A stretch of DNA of 61,724 nt, taken from a bacterium. Its GTDB lineage: Bacteria; Chloroflexota; Dormibacteria; Aeolococcales; Bog-877. Under the pieces are notes generated by a model. The model was not told the DNA's origin, searched no databases, and worked only from the letters and a program-made list of their open reading frames with translations. Positions 10,279 to 19,409 of this stretch are shown in pieces. The first letter of the stretch is position 1; every line of letters starts with the position of its first letter. A program made the translations under genes and the position numbers. The stretch is from contig JAKABB010000005.1 in the NCBI GenBank assembly GCA_021802045.1, positions 1 through 61,724 of the forward strand. Direction: 5' to 3'.

Positions 10279-11214
10279 AACGTGTTTGAGAACAGGATGA
10301 GGCGGGCCCCTGGACGAGCGGACCGGGGCCGGGCATGCTGGGGGGCATGTCGTCTTCTCCACGTCCTGCCCGCCGCTACCCGACCGATCTCACCGACGCC
10401 CAGTGGGCCCTCATCGCTCCGCTCCTCCCGCCGCCGAAGAGTGGCCCCGCCGGGGGCCGGCCCCCCAAGCATCCGATGCGGGAGATCGTCAATGCGATCC
10501 TCTACCTGGTCCGCACCGGCTGCGCCTGGCGCCTGCTGCCGCGCGACCTGCCGCCCTGGCCCACCGTGTACTGGTACTTCGCCGCCTGGACCAAGGATGG
10601 CAGCCTCGACCGCGTCCATGCCGCGCTCCGGGCCCGGCTGCGCACCGCCGCCGGCCGCGAGCCGGAGCCGAGTGCGGGCGTGGTGGACGCGCAGTCGTTG
10701 CGCGGGGCCGACACCGTCGGGACGGGCACCCGCGGGTACGATGCGGGCAAGCGCGTCAATGGGCGGAAGCGCCACATCGTGGTCGACACCCTGGGGCTCC
10801 TGCTGGTCGTCATGGTGACCGCCGCCAGCGTGCAGGACCGCGACGGCGGGCGCGGGCTGCTCAAGACGTTGCACCGGACGCGGCCCGGCGTGCAGCTGGT
10901 CTGGGCGGATGGCGGGTATGCGGGGAGCCTGGTCCGGGTGGCGAAGGCCGCCTGGCGGATCGTCGTGGTGGTCGTTCGCAAGCCCCCCGACCAGCGCGGG
11001 TTCGCGGTGCTCCCCCGCCGCTGGGTCGTCGAGCGGACCTTCGCCTGGATGATGCGGTGCCGCCGCCTGGTGCGCGACTACGAGCGCACCATCCCTCACC
11101 AGGAGGCGATGGTCCAGTGGGCCATGGTCGGCCTCATGACACGGCGGCTGGCCCCCGCCCCAGGACCCCGACCCTGGGCCCACACGCGCTCATGATGGGC
11201 TTTCAAACACGTTC
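10278..11214 (+). mobile_element. IS5-family insertion sequence (937 bp)
   Basis: Terminal inverted repeats GAACGTGTTTGA (10278-10289) and TCAAACACGTTC (11203-11214); TCA duplicated at 10275-10277 and 11215-11217. Confidence 0.93.
10347..11195 (+). CDS. IS5-family DDE transposase
   Basis: YPTDLTDAQW, VDAQS, GYDAGKRVNGRKRHIVVDTLG, WADGGY, RRWVVERTFAW. Confidence 0.95.
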   Translation: MSSSPRPARRYPTDLTDAQWALIAPLLPPPKSGPAGGRPPKHPMREIVNAILYLVRTGCAWRLLPRDLPPWPTVYWYFAAWTKDGSLDRVHAALRARLRTAAGREPEPSAGVVDAQSLRGADTVGTGTRGYDAGKRVNGRKRHIVVDTLGLLLVVMVTAASVQDRDGGRGLLKTLHRTRPGVQLVWADGGYAGSLVRVAKAAWRIVVVVVRKPPDQRGFAVLPRRWVVERTFAWMMRCRRLVRDYERTIPHQEAMVQWAMVGLMTRRLAPAPGPRPWAHTRS

Positions 11215-11427
11215 TCAGACCGCAAGCACCTCATCGCGCACCAGGTGCAGACGGAACACCCGTGGCCGCTCGGCCTCCTCAAAGTGGCAGATGAGTGCGT
11301 CCCGGACCATCTCCCGCAGGCTCTGCAGGTCGTCCGCCTCAGTGACGATCGACTCACCGAGCGCGCGCGCGATGTAGCCCCCCTCGGGGGCCTCCTCCAC
11401 GGCGAAGACAATCTCTGAACTCACCAC
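11215..11427 (-). CDS. HicB-like antitoxin (short, no HTH)
   Basis: EIVFAVEEAPEGGYIARALGESIVTEADDLQSLREMVRDALICHF; lies directly upstream of hicA once the IS is removed. Confidence 0.8.
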   Translation of the reverse strand: MVSSEIVFAVEEAPEGGYIARALGESIVTEADDLQSLREMVRDALICHFEEAERPRVFRLHLVRDEVLAV

Positions 11428-11560
11428 TGCAGAGACGATAGCACCCCGCCACCTCTCTCCCCGCAGTGGCCCCCTGCCAGCTTGACCGCGACCATCCCCG
11501 AACTCGGGGCAAGGCTCATCACAGAGATCGCGCCGCTAGCTGTCGGAGAGGAGGGCCGCG

Positions 11561-12826
11561 GTGAGGGTGGTGCGGACCCAGTCTTCCAACTGGTCGTAGC
11601 TGTAGCCCGCCACCTGGATCGCCGCCGCGACCCCGATCGCCGCCCTCGAGCTCCGCTAGAGCTCGGCCGCGGGCTTCTGGGCGACCCTGCTCATGACCTC
11701 GGCCGCGGCGCTGGTCACCCTGCACCGGCGCCGCTGGTCCGCGGCGGCCAGGCTCCGCCGGGCGATGGTGGAGTGCGGGCTGGTGGCGGGGGACACCCGG
11801 GGCCGCCTGCTCGCCCCCCGGGCGAAGCTGCGGGCCCGGTGGCAGGGATGCAACGTGACCCTGCGCTGGCGGATGCCACCCGGCATCACCATGCGGGATG
11901 TCCTCCAGCGCCAGGAGTCGCTGGAGTCCAGGTGCGAGTGCGAGCTCAGGGTCTGGGAGGAGTCCGGGGTGGTGGTGACCGAGATGCTGCGCCACCGGAT
12001 CCCGGACCACCTCTCCTACCGGGAGAGGTACGGTCCCCCCGCCCTCCAGGGCGCTTCCTGATCGGTCTGGGCCGGGGGCGCCGGGGCGCCCTCTGGGTGG
12101 ATCTGGACTCCTGTCCCCACCTCCTGGTGGGGGGCATGACCGGCGGGGGCAAGAGCGTCTTCCTGCGCCAGGCGCTGACCTTCCTCTGCCGCGAGCACGG
12201 ACCCGAGGACCTCCAGCTAGCCCTCGTCGACCTCAAGGGCGGGGTGGAGCTGGCCCACTTCAGCTACCTCCCCCACGCCATCCTGCCGGTGGCGGAAAGT
12301 CTCCTGGCGGCGGCGGAGACCCTGGAGCGGGTCCGCCGGGAGCTGGACCGGCGGCTCCAGGAGGTGCGGGCGGTTGCGGCCTCGGGCACTCCAGCTGCCC
12401 CGCCCCGCTGGCCCAGGCTGCTGGTGGTGGTGGACGAGGTGGCGGAGCTCACCTGCCGCGACCTGGGCGACGACAGGGCCGCCCGCGCCGGCCAGCAGGC
12501 GGCCAGCGGGCGGCCCTGTGAGATCGCCAGGCTGGGGCGGTCGGTGGGGGTCCACCTCGTCTGCTGCACCCAGCGCCCCGATGCCGAGGCGATCCCTGGG
12601 CAGCTGAAGGCCAACCTCGCCTTCCGGGTCCGAGCCGCCGTCAACAGCTACATCCTGCTGGACAGCGACCGGGCCGCCCTACTCCCGCCCCACCCCGGCC
12701 GGGCCATCTGGCAGGAGGACTTCACAGAGGAGTGAGGGGCGGTGGACTGCTCTCTGGAGGAGAGCCGGGAGCTGCTGCTGGCCGGGTGGCCCCGGACGGG
12801 GTTCCTCCCACCACGAGTCGCTGTCA
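11561..12826 (+). pseudogene. FtsK/SpoIIIE-family translocase remnant
   Basis: PHLLVGGMTGGGKS Walker A, VDLKGGVEL, VVVDEVAEL, GRSVGVHLVCCTQRP; in-frame TAGs at 11597, 11603, 11657, frameshift near 12040, TGA at 12733. Confidence 0.8.
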
Positions 12827-12853
12827 GTGGAGTTTGCGAGTTTTAGATGGGCA

Positions 12854-14140
12854 TCAGGCGGCCTCCGCGAGCACGTCGAGGAGGGTGGTGGCATTTTCGC
12901 GACGGAGTTCCGCGGCCGGGGAAGCCCCGAAAATCGTGAGGGTCCAGGTCTCGCGACGGAGCGCCGCGACGGCGTCGGCGAAGGACGGGGTGCGCTTGCG
13001 CGGGTACCAGGGCCGGGCCGGCCACGAGGCATGCGCGCGCTCGGTGACGAGGAACCAGTGCCACACGGCCGAGGAGAGCCAGCAGGCCGGCGCGACCGCC
13101 CGCGCCGGCCCGTCCCCGACCCAGGCCTGGGGGGCTTCGGCGCCCAGGAACTGCTTGCTGTTGCGGAAGCAGTCCTCGACGGCCCAGCGGTCGGCATAGG
13201 CGGCGGCCACGCGGGCCGGGGTCGCGGTGCCGTCCGTGGTCACGAAGAAGTCGTCGGGCTCGTGGCCGTCGGGGTCGCGGACGATGACGCACAGGACCAG
13301 CCGGTCGGGGCAGACGCCGTACCAGAGGACCGGGCGCGCCCAGCTGTCGCGCTCGAGGATGTGGCCCCGGCAGGCCACCGGGGCGCGGGTCCAGGCCGAA
13401 ACCGCGGCCGCCAGTTGCGGGGGCGTCGGCAGGCGGGCCCCCTTCCGGCGCGGGCGGCCCCGCCGCCCGGTGCGGGGCGGCGGCGGCTCGAAGAGGGCGG
13501 CATTCCGTTGCATCCGGGAGACGACGATCGTGCGCGGCAGCGCGCGGCCGATCAGGGGCGCATAGGCCCCGTCCGCCACCAGGCAGAAGTCGCGCGCGGG
13601 CAGCCAGGCGGTCACTTGCTCCACCATCGCCGCGGCCAACTCGATCAGGGGCGGGCCGCCCTTGCGGTGGAGCCGCACCAGGATGGGTAAGGCCAGGGGT
13701 TCCCCACCCCAGGGTGCCACCACGCGCAGGGCCAGCACCACGATGTTGAGGCCCCGGGCGGTGACCACGTGGGCGCGGGTGGAGTGGACCGCATCCCGGT
13801 ACATGCCGGCGCCCTCGATCCGGCGGCCGCTCTTCTTCATCAACGTGTCATCGCGGACCAGCGTGACGCGGCCCGGGGGAACCCAGTGGGCCACGAGGAG
13901 GCCCAGGAGTTGCCGCCCGAGCGTGTCCATCGACCAGCGGCCCGCCCGCAGCCAGCGGGCGTAGGCGCCGTAGCGATGCCGGACCGGCGCGGGGATGACG
14001 CTCCAGAGCCGGGTGAGGGTGTGCCGCCCGGGGCAGAGCACCCAGGCGGTCGCCAGCTGCTGGAACAGCCGCGCGCCCGGCGCGGTGAACCCGCCGGCGC
14101 AGGCGGACAGGATCCGGAGCCAAGTCGGGGGAGCAGGCAC
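12854..14140 (-). CDS. IS701-like DDE transposase
   Basis: DDT..KKSG, VADGAY, GRRGRPRRKGARL, YADRWAVEDCFRNSKQFLG, PWY..K..PSFAD. Confidence 0.9.
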   Translation of the reverse strand: MPAPPTWLRILSACAGGFTAPGARLFQQLATAWVLCPGRHTLTRLWSVIPAPVRHRYGAYARWLRAGRWSMDTLGRQLLGLLVAHWVPPGRVTLVRDDTLMKKSGRRIEGAGMYRDAVHSTRAHVVTARGLNIVVLALRVVAPWGGEPLALPILVRLHRKGGPPLIELAAAMVEQVTAWLPARDFCLVADGAYAPLIGRALPRTIVVSRMQRNAALFEPPPPRTGRRGRPRRKGARLPTPPQLAAAVSAWTRAPVACRGHILERDSWARPVLWYGVCPDRLVLCVIVRDPDGHEPDDFFVTTDGTATPARVAAAYADRWAVEDCFRNSKQFLGAEAPQAWVGDGPARAVAPACWLSSAVWHWFLVTERAHASWPARPWYPRKRTPSFADAVAALRRETWTLTIFGASPAAELRRENATTLLDVLAEAA

Positions 14141-14199
14141 GGTGAGAAGACCTCCCGACGCACCACCCGGCAGCCCCCGGCGTGGGCGCGGGGCGCGGC

Positions 14200-14228
14200 T
14201 TGACCGCGACGCCCCCGTGCGCTAGCAT
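14200..14228 (+). promoter_or_regulatory. Sigma70-type promoter inside the IS, opposite to the transposase
   Basis: TTGACC-17 bp-TAGCAT. Confidence 0.6.
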
Positions 14229-14234
14229 CCGCTG

Positions 14235-14291
14235 GCCCTCGTGTGGTGGTGTGGTTCAACACGCAACACCTTGCCACACGCGGGCTTTCTT
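14235..14291 (+). ncRNA. Candidate IS-encoded hairpin small RNA
   Basis: Begins 7 nt after TAGCAT; bulged stem GCCC..GTGTGG..GGTGT / ACACC..CCACAC..GGGC followed by TTTCTT. Confidence 0.4.
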
Positions 14292-14475
14292 GTGAACAGC
14301 CGTTCGCCGACCCCCATCCGGCCGGCCCCCACCCCGTCAGCGCCTCGATCCCGACCTCAGCCCCCCGCGGCCTCCGCGAACCGGCCGCCTACGCCCGGGG
14401 CAGGCGCCAAAAGTCGAAAACTCCACGGTCAGTCGACCCGCGGAAAGGGAGCTTAAGTGCTGCTATCGAAGTGGC

Positions 14476-14550
14476 TGGCTGGGGCGGGAGGATTCGAACC
14501 TCCGATAACCTGATCCAGAGTCAGGCGCCTTACCACTTGGCGACGCCCCA
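14476..14550 (-). tRNA. tRNA-Gln(CTG)
   Basis: TGGGGCG acceptor stem, CCTGA-CTCTGGA-TCAGG anticodon arm, GGTTCGAATCC T-loop, encoded CCA. Confidence 0.97.
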
Positions 14551-14591
14551 AGGCCCGGGGGCCATTGTACGGGCGGGGCGCGAAGGGCCCG

Positions 14592-16046
14592 TCAGGCCAG
14601 CAGAGCGGCCTCCGCCCGGCGCAGCCGCTCCAGCACCCGCTCCCGGCCGATCAGGGCCATCGACTCCGGCAGGGGCGGGGAGACCCGCTGTCCCGTCACC
14701 GCCACCCGCAGCACCTGCATGCAGGCCTTGAAGTGCCGGCGGTCCGCGGCCCCCGTCCCGCCCACGCGCTCGGCGGCCGCCCGCAACCGGTCCACCAGGT
14801 CCGCGGGGTCGCCCGGCAGGGCCTGAGGGACCTCGCGCAGGAAGGCCGCCGCCAGCGCGGGGTCGAGGGGGCCGCAGAGCGCCTCGGCGGACGGCTCCGG
14901 CTCCTCGAAGGCGAAGGCCACAAGGGCGGGGACCTCGTCCAGCCGCTGGATGCGCTCCCGCACCATCTCCGCGATCGCCTGGCGCTGGGCCGCGTCCGCC
15001 CGGGGGAGCCAGGGCTGCAGGCGCTGCGCCAGTTCGTCCGCCGCCAGCCGGCGGATCCAGACGCCGTTCAGGTGGTCAAGGCGGTCCGTGTCGAAGACCG
15101 CGGGGCTGGGCTGGATGCGCTCCGCCGTCATCCGGGCACGCAGCTCGGTGAGGGTGAAGACCTCCTCCTCCGTTCCCGGCGACCACCCCAGGAAGGCCAG
15201 GAAGTTGACCACCGCCTCGGGCAGGTACCCCCGATCACGGTACTCCTGCACCGGGGCCGCCCCATGGCGCTTGGAGAGCTTGCCGCGGTCGGGGCCCAGC
15301 ACCTGGGGCACGTGCCCGAAGGCCGGTGGCTCCCAGCCCAGGGCGGCGTAGAGGATCAGGTGCTTGGGGGTGGAGGGGAGCCACTCGCTGGCTCGGAGCA
15401 CGTGGGTGATCCCCATCACGTGGTCGTCCACCACGTGGGCCAGGTGGTAGGTGGGGAACCCGTCCGACTTCAGCAGGACCTGGTCATCGAGGACGGCGTT
15501 CTCGAACCGGCGCTCGCCCTGGACCAGGTCGTGCCAGGAGGTCTCGCCCGCCGGGATCCGCATGCGGACCACCTCGGGCGTGCCGGCCGCCCGGCGCTCG
15601 GCCACCGCCTCCGGGGTGAGCTCGCGGCAGTGCCCGTCGTAGCGAGGGGCCTGGCAGGCCGCGCGCTGCGCCGTCCGGACCGCCTCCAGTCGCTGCGGGG
15701 AGCAGAAGCAGGGGTAGGCGGCGCCGCTGGAGACCAGTCGGCCGGCTGCGGTCCGGTAGAGCGGGAGGCGCTGGGACTCCGTGTAGGGGGCGCATGGCCC
15801 GCCCACCTCCGGGCCCTCGTCCCACTGGAGGCCGAGCCAGCGGAGGGCCTCTGTGATCGAGGCCACGCTGTCGGGGTCGTACCGGGCCTGGTCGGTGTCC
15901 TCGATGCGCAGGACGAAGGTGCCGTCCGGCCCGGCCAGGCAGTAGCTGAAGACGGCGGTGCGCACGTTGCCCAGGTGGAGCTGCCCGGTGGGGCTGGGCG
16001 CGAACCGGAGCCGCCGCCCACCGGGGAGGTTGGGGGGAGGGCTCAG
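14592..16046 (-). CDS. gltX: Glutamate--tRNA ligase
   Basis: RFAPSPTGQLHLGN (HIGH-like), LRIEDTD, CFC..YDGHC, KLSKR and anticodon domain; start uncertain, CTG 16046 assumed. Confidence 0.93.
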   Translation of the reverse strand: MSPPPNLPGGRRLRFAPSPTGQLHLGNVRTAVFSYCLAGPDGTFVLRIEDTDQARYDPDSVASITEALRWLGLQWDEGPEVGGPCAPYTESQRLPLYRTAAGRLVSSGAAYPCFCSPQRLEAVRTAQRAACQAPRYDGHCRELTPEAVAERRAAGTPEVVRMRIPAGETSWHDLVQGERRFENAVLDDQVLLKSDGFPTYHLAHVVDDHVMGITHVLRASEWLPSTPKHLILYAALGWEPPAFGHVPQVLGPDRGKLSKRHGAAPVQEYRDRGYLPEAVVNFLAFLGWSPGTEEEVFTLTELRARMTAERIQPSPAVFDTDRLDHLNGVWIRRLAADELAQRLQPWLPRADAAQRQAIAEMVRERIQRLDEVPALVAFAFEEPEPSAEALCGPLDPALAAAFLREVPQALPGDPADLVDRLRAAAERVGGTGAADRRHFKACMQVLRVAVTGQRVSPPLPESMALIGRERVLERLRRAEAALLA

Positions 16047-16077
16047 GCCCGCCGCGGCGGGGTCGGCCTCGCCAGGC

Positions 16078-16305
16078 TCAGCGATGGAGGATTACCAGGT
16101 AGATCGCCATCGCCACCGCGCTGGCGAGCAGGAGCCCGCCGGCCACCAGCCACCCCTCGAGCCGGGAGGTCTGGACCGACACCTCCGCGTCCGGGCTGCT
16201 GCTCACCGTCAGTCCGCGGGTGCCGAGGTTGGGGTACTGGTCGGCGAGGGCGGCCGGCCGCGGCGGCACCGGGGCCTCGGCGGGAGTCGGTGGGTGCTTG
16301 GGCAC
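16078..16305 (-). CDS. Small membrane protein (75 aa)
   Basis: Single C-terminal hydrophobic helix, co-oriented directly upstream of gltX. Confidence 0.5.
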   Translation of the reverse strand: MPKHPPTPAEAPVPPRPAALADQYPNLGTRGLTVSSSPDAEVSVQTSRLEGWLVAGGLLLASAVAMAIYLVILHR

Positions 16306-16399
16306 CGGACGGGTCTCCTCGTGCGGCCGGCCATCACAGGACCGAGAGCCGTTCCCCGATTATAGGAAGGGCGTTCGGCCGGCTCGCGGCTGCCGGCGA

Positions 16400-16471
16400 G
16401 CCCGCATCGTCTAGCGGTCAGGACATCACCCTTTCAAGGTGGTAACCGGGGTTCGACTCCCCGTGCGGGTA
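16400..16471 (+). tRNA. tRNA-Glu(TTC)
   Basis: GCCCGCA/TGCGGGT acceptor stem, TCACC-CTTTCAA-GGTGG anticodon arm, GGTTCGACTCC; CCA not encoded. Confidence 0.95.
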
Positions 16472-16496
16472 CATCTCCCCGGGACGGGCCCAGCCG

Positions 16497-17279
16497 TCAG
16501 GGCCGGGGCGACAGCGCCTCCACGGGGTCGCCGACCCGCACCGGGCCGGGCTCGAGCACCTCGCCGTACATGCCAAAGAGCACCGACCGCCCATCGGCCG
16601 CGGTCCCCCGATAGGCCATGATCGCGCGCAGGGTGGGCAGCTGGTAGCGGCCCGTGGCCGGGTCCTGCTGGGTGACCGCGCACCGGGGCACCGGCTCTGT
16701 GACCCGCACCACCGCCGCCCCCATCCGCACCGGCCGGCCCGCCCAGGTGTCCTCCTCGTGGGCGGTGCACCCGTCGAGCTCGATGAGCATGCGGAAACGG
16801 CCGGTGTCGCCCGCGCGCGGGTCTCCGGCCCGCCTGGCCAGCTCCGCCCCCGAGGCGGTGCTCAGCACGGTCAGCGGCCAGACATCGACCCCGGCGCCCG
16901 GCCGGTCCACGCGCACCAGCCGGAGCGGGACCCCCGCATAGTCCGAGAGGGCCGTGCCGAACGGGCCCTCCAGCACGTGTCCGTCCACCATGCGCCCGTA
17001 GAAGTCCGTGCGCACGGGGGCATCCAGGTGGGTCGCCAGGCCCTGGACCGTGGTCCCGTCCGGGAAGGCCAGGGCCAGTTGCTCCGTGCCAGGGTCCCAC
17101 TCGCTGCGCACCCGCACCAGGGCCCCGCGCCGGGTGCCGTTGTAGAGGCGGCCCTGAGTGTCGACGAGGTGGAAGCGGCGGTTGGCGGCGACACCCCAGG
17201 GTTCCAGGACGATCTGCTCGGGGTGCTGCAGCGCCAGTGACTTGACGGCGGCGATCGACAGCCGGGCCACCGTCCTCAT
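16497..17279 (-). CDS. MOSC domain protein
   Basis: VARLSIAAVKS, NRRFHLVD, RFRMLIELDG..HEEDTW, PRCAVTQQDPATG, FGMYGEV..PG.VRVGD. Confidence 0.88.
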   Translation of the reverse strand: MRTVARLSIAAVKSLALQHPEQIVLEPWGVAANRRFHLVDTQGRLYNGTRRGALVRVRSEWDPGTEQLALAFPDGTTVQGLATHLDAPVRTDFYGRMVDGHVLEGPFGTALSDYAGVPLRLVRVDRPGAGVDVWPLTVLSTASGAELARRAGDPRAGDTGRFRMLIELDGCTAHEEDTWAGRPVRMGAAVVRVTEPVPRCAVTQQDPATGRYQLPTLRAIMAYRGTAADGRSVLFGMYGEVLEPGPVRVGDPVEALSPRP

Positions 17280-17397
17280 CCCGGTGTCGCCCGGCCCACC
17301 GGGCGTCCCCGGGCATTCACCCGCCGAGGATAGAGGCCCGGGGGCGGCCACCTCGCTCTCGTGGTGCCGGCCCGGCCGGTGCTGCGGTCGCGGGCGT

Positions 17398-17543
17398 GGG
17401 CTGGCGAGTGCTGCCGACGGTGCAAGCCTGTAGCGCCTGCACAACTGGTCGGCGCTCCGGTTCGTGGGAGGAGCCCGATGGCGTGGGGGCCCGCCAGGCG
17501 CCAGGCTTCAAGTCCCACGCCGGCAGGATGGCCACCAGTCCCC
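17398..17543 (+). ncRNA. Probable 6S RNA
   Basis: Rod-like fold: GGGCTGG/CCAGTCCC, CTGCCG/CGGCAG, AAGCCTG/CAGGCTT, GCGCCTG/CAGGCGC around a central bubble; 3' arm GGCTTCAAG and CGGCA resemble 6S motifs. Confidence 0.5.
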
Positions 17544-17697
17544 GGCCCGACGGTCGGCGTGGGCCGGCCCGGGGGCCGCGAGCCCCGAGAGGCATGCGGG
17601 AGGGCTCCGGAGGGGCCCGCGGCTGGGGAGGGGGCTGGGTTCCCCAGCCGCCGGGAGCCCGCGAGGCGTCCCCGCCCGACCGGGCGAGGCTACGAGG

Positions 17698-18093
17698 CTA
17701 CTGGGACCGGCGGGTGACGAGGGCCAGGCCCAGGGCGAAGAGGCCCAGGGCTCCGCCCAGCGCTGGCCGTCGGCCCCCGATGTGGGCGGCGGTGTGGATC
17801 GCCGTCAGTCCCATGCCGCCGGCCGCGGCCAGGCCGGCCAGGCCCAGGGTCGCGGCCCGGAGCTCCCGGCGGGTCACACCGGCCGCCCCGGCGGCGGCGC
17901 AGCCGGTCAGGGCCAGCCACACGGCCAGGCCCATGACCGAGCCGCGAGCCCGGCCCGGGGCGGTCTGGAACATCGTGCGGCGGCTGAGGATGAACTGGGC
18001 GACGTCGGCGGTCCCACCCGCGGCCACCGCCACCAGGCCCAGCCGTGCGGCCCGCCCGCTGCCAACGCCGGTGAAGGTGCTCACGGCGCTCAA
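17698..18093 (-). CDS. Small integral membrane protein
   Basis: About four hydrophobic segments; TTG start overlaps stop of the upstream regulator (TTGA). Confidence 0.6.
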   Translation of the reverse strand: MSAVSTFTGVGSGRAARLGLVAVAAGGTADVAQFILSRRTMFQTAPGRARGSVMGLAVWLALTGCAAAGAAGVTRRELRAATLGLAGLAAAGGMGLTAIHTAAHIGGRRPALGGALGLFALGLALVTRRSQ

Positions 18094-19409
18094 TGATGCC
18101 GCAGGTGGGACCGGCGCAGGGTGAGGGCGGTGGTGGGGCCGGTGGCGGCCGGGGCCCCGACCGCCTCCAGCAGCCGGGCCCCGCGCAGGGCGAGGAGGAT
18201 GCGCAGCCGCGGCTCCAGGCCGTCCCACCGCCCGACCAGCTCCTGGATCCGCTCCATCCGGTAGAGCAGGGTGTGACGGTGGACGCCCAGGGCGCGGGCC
18301 GCCGCTGTCGGGCCCTCGTGGGTCAGGAGTGTCTCCAGGGTCTCGCGCAGGGGCAGGCGCCGACGCCGGTCATGGGCCAGGAGCGGCCCGATGGTCGTCT
18401 CCACGAACTCCTGGAGGCCGGGCAGGTCGTGCAGCCAGCCCCGGTAGACGTGGAGCTCGGCGGCCGAGAGGGTGGTCGCCTCAGGCATCAGGACCCGGCC
18501 GACGGTGAGAGTGTCGCGGGTGGCCCGGACCATGGCCGGGAGCTCTTGCAGGGTGTGGGCGACCGGTCCGACCGCCAGCCGCCAGGGGCCGGCCTCACTG
18601 CCGGTGGCGGGACGGAGCAGCCGCACCAGGGTCTCCACTCGGACGCCGACCGGGACCAGGCCCACCACCATGGCCTGGTAGAGGGCGACGTGGGCCCGCT
18701 GGGTCCGCCAGGCGGTGGCCACCGCGGCCTCCGCGGTGGTGTCGTCGGCGTCGACCGCCACCACCCGGTATGGGAAGTCCAGGACCGTTCCATCGTCGAT
18801 CGCCACCTGCGCCAGCAGGGCGGGGTCGCCGGTGCCGCCGAGGATGACCGCGAAGAACTGGTCGTGGCGGCGGTCCTGCTCCCGGCGGAGTCGTTCCCGG
18901 GTCCGGAGGTAGCTGGTGCTGACCGCCACGCTGATGGCGTCCAAGTAGTCGAAGAGGGGCCCCACCGCTGTCAGCACGGACTGGGGCTCAATCTCGGGGT
19001 GAACACGGACCATCTCGATGACGTGCTGCCAGATGACCAGGGCGGCCACCCGGTAGGCGCGCAGGATGGCGTCCAGCGGCATCCCGGTGGTGCCCAGGCG
19101 GCCCCCCATCCCCGCCAGGCGGTGGAGCTCGGCGGCCGACGGCGGGCGCTCCTCGGCCCACAGGGCCAGCAGGGTGGTGAGCCCCTCCCGGCACGCGGCC
19201 AGCACCTCGCTGCCGAAGGTGGAGCCGCCGCTGTCGCCCTCGGCCAGGGGGATCGCCCGACCGATCTCGATGGCCATCCGACGCGCCAGCCGTTCCACCC
19301 GGCGCCGGAGCGAGTCGATGATGATCGGGCTGACGGACGGCATGTCCGAATACCGGCGCGAGTGCGTGGAGATCTGGTCGTCGCGTTCTACTCGCCGTCC
19401 CATGCGCAT
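18090..19409 (-). CDS. PucR/CdaR-family transcriptional regulator
   Basis: LDAILRAYRV N-terminal domain; C-terminal HTH AAARALGVHRHTLLYRMERIQELVG. Confidence 0.9.
   Translation of the reverse strand: MRMGRRVERDDQISTHSRRYSDMPSVSPIIIDSLRRRVERLARRMAIEIGRAIPLAEGDSGGSTFGSEVLAACREGLTTLLALWAEERPPSAAELHRLAGMGGRLGTTGMPLDAILRAYRVAALVIWQHVIEMVRVHPEIEPQSVLTAVGPLFDYLDAISVAVSTSYLRTRERLRREQDRRHDQFFAVILGGTGDPALLAQVAIDDGTVLDFPYRVVAVDADDTTAEAAVATAWRTQRAHVALYQAMVVGLVPVGVRVETLVRLLRPATGSEAGPWRLAVGPVAHTLQELPAMVRATRDTLTVGRVLMPEATTLSAAELHVYRGWLHDLPGLQEFVETTIGPLLAHDRRRRLPLRETLETLLTHEGPTAAARALGVHRHTLLYRMERIQELVGRWDGLEPRLRILLALRGARLLEAVGAPAATGPTTALTLRRSHLRHH

Larger units (their letters stand above)
12827..14426 (-). 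mobile_element. IS701-like insertion sequence (about 1.6 kb)
   Basis: Imperfect inverted repeats GTGGAGTTTGCGAGTTTT (12827-12844) and AAAAGTCGAAAACTCCAC (14409-14426); flanks TGTCA/GGTCA may be a degenerate target duplication. Confidence 0.8.

Noticed and set aside
11561-11660. Three in-frame TAG codons suggesting amber recoding
   Set aside because: Same gene also has a frameshift and a TGA, and TAG is a normal stop for purK, pimA, pgsA and others; decay is simpler
17398-17543. tRNA-Sec, SRP RNA or tmRNA identity for the structured RNA
   Set aside because: Contains CTTCAA but no T-loop/CCA cloverleaf, no SRP helix 8 motif and no tmRNA termini
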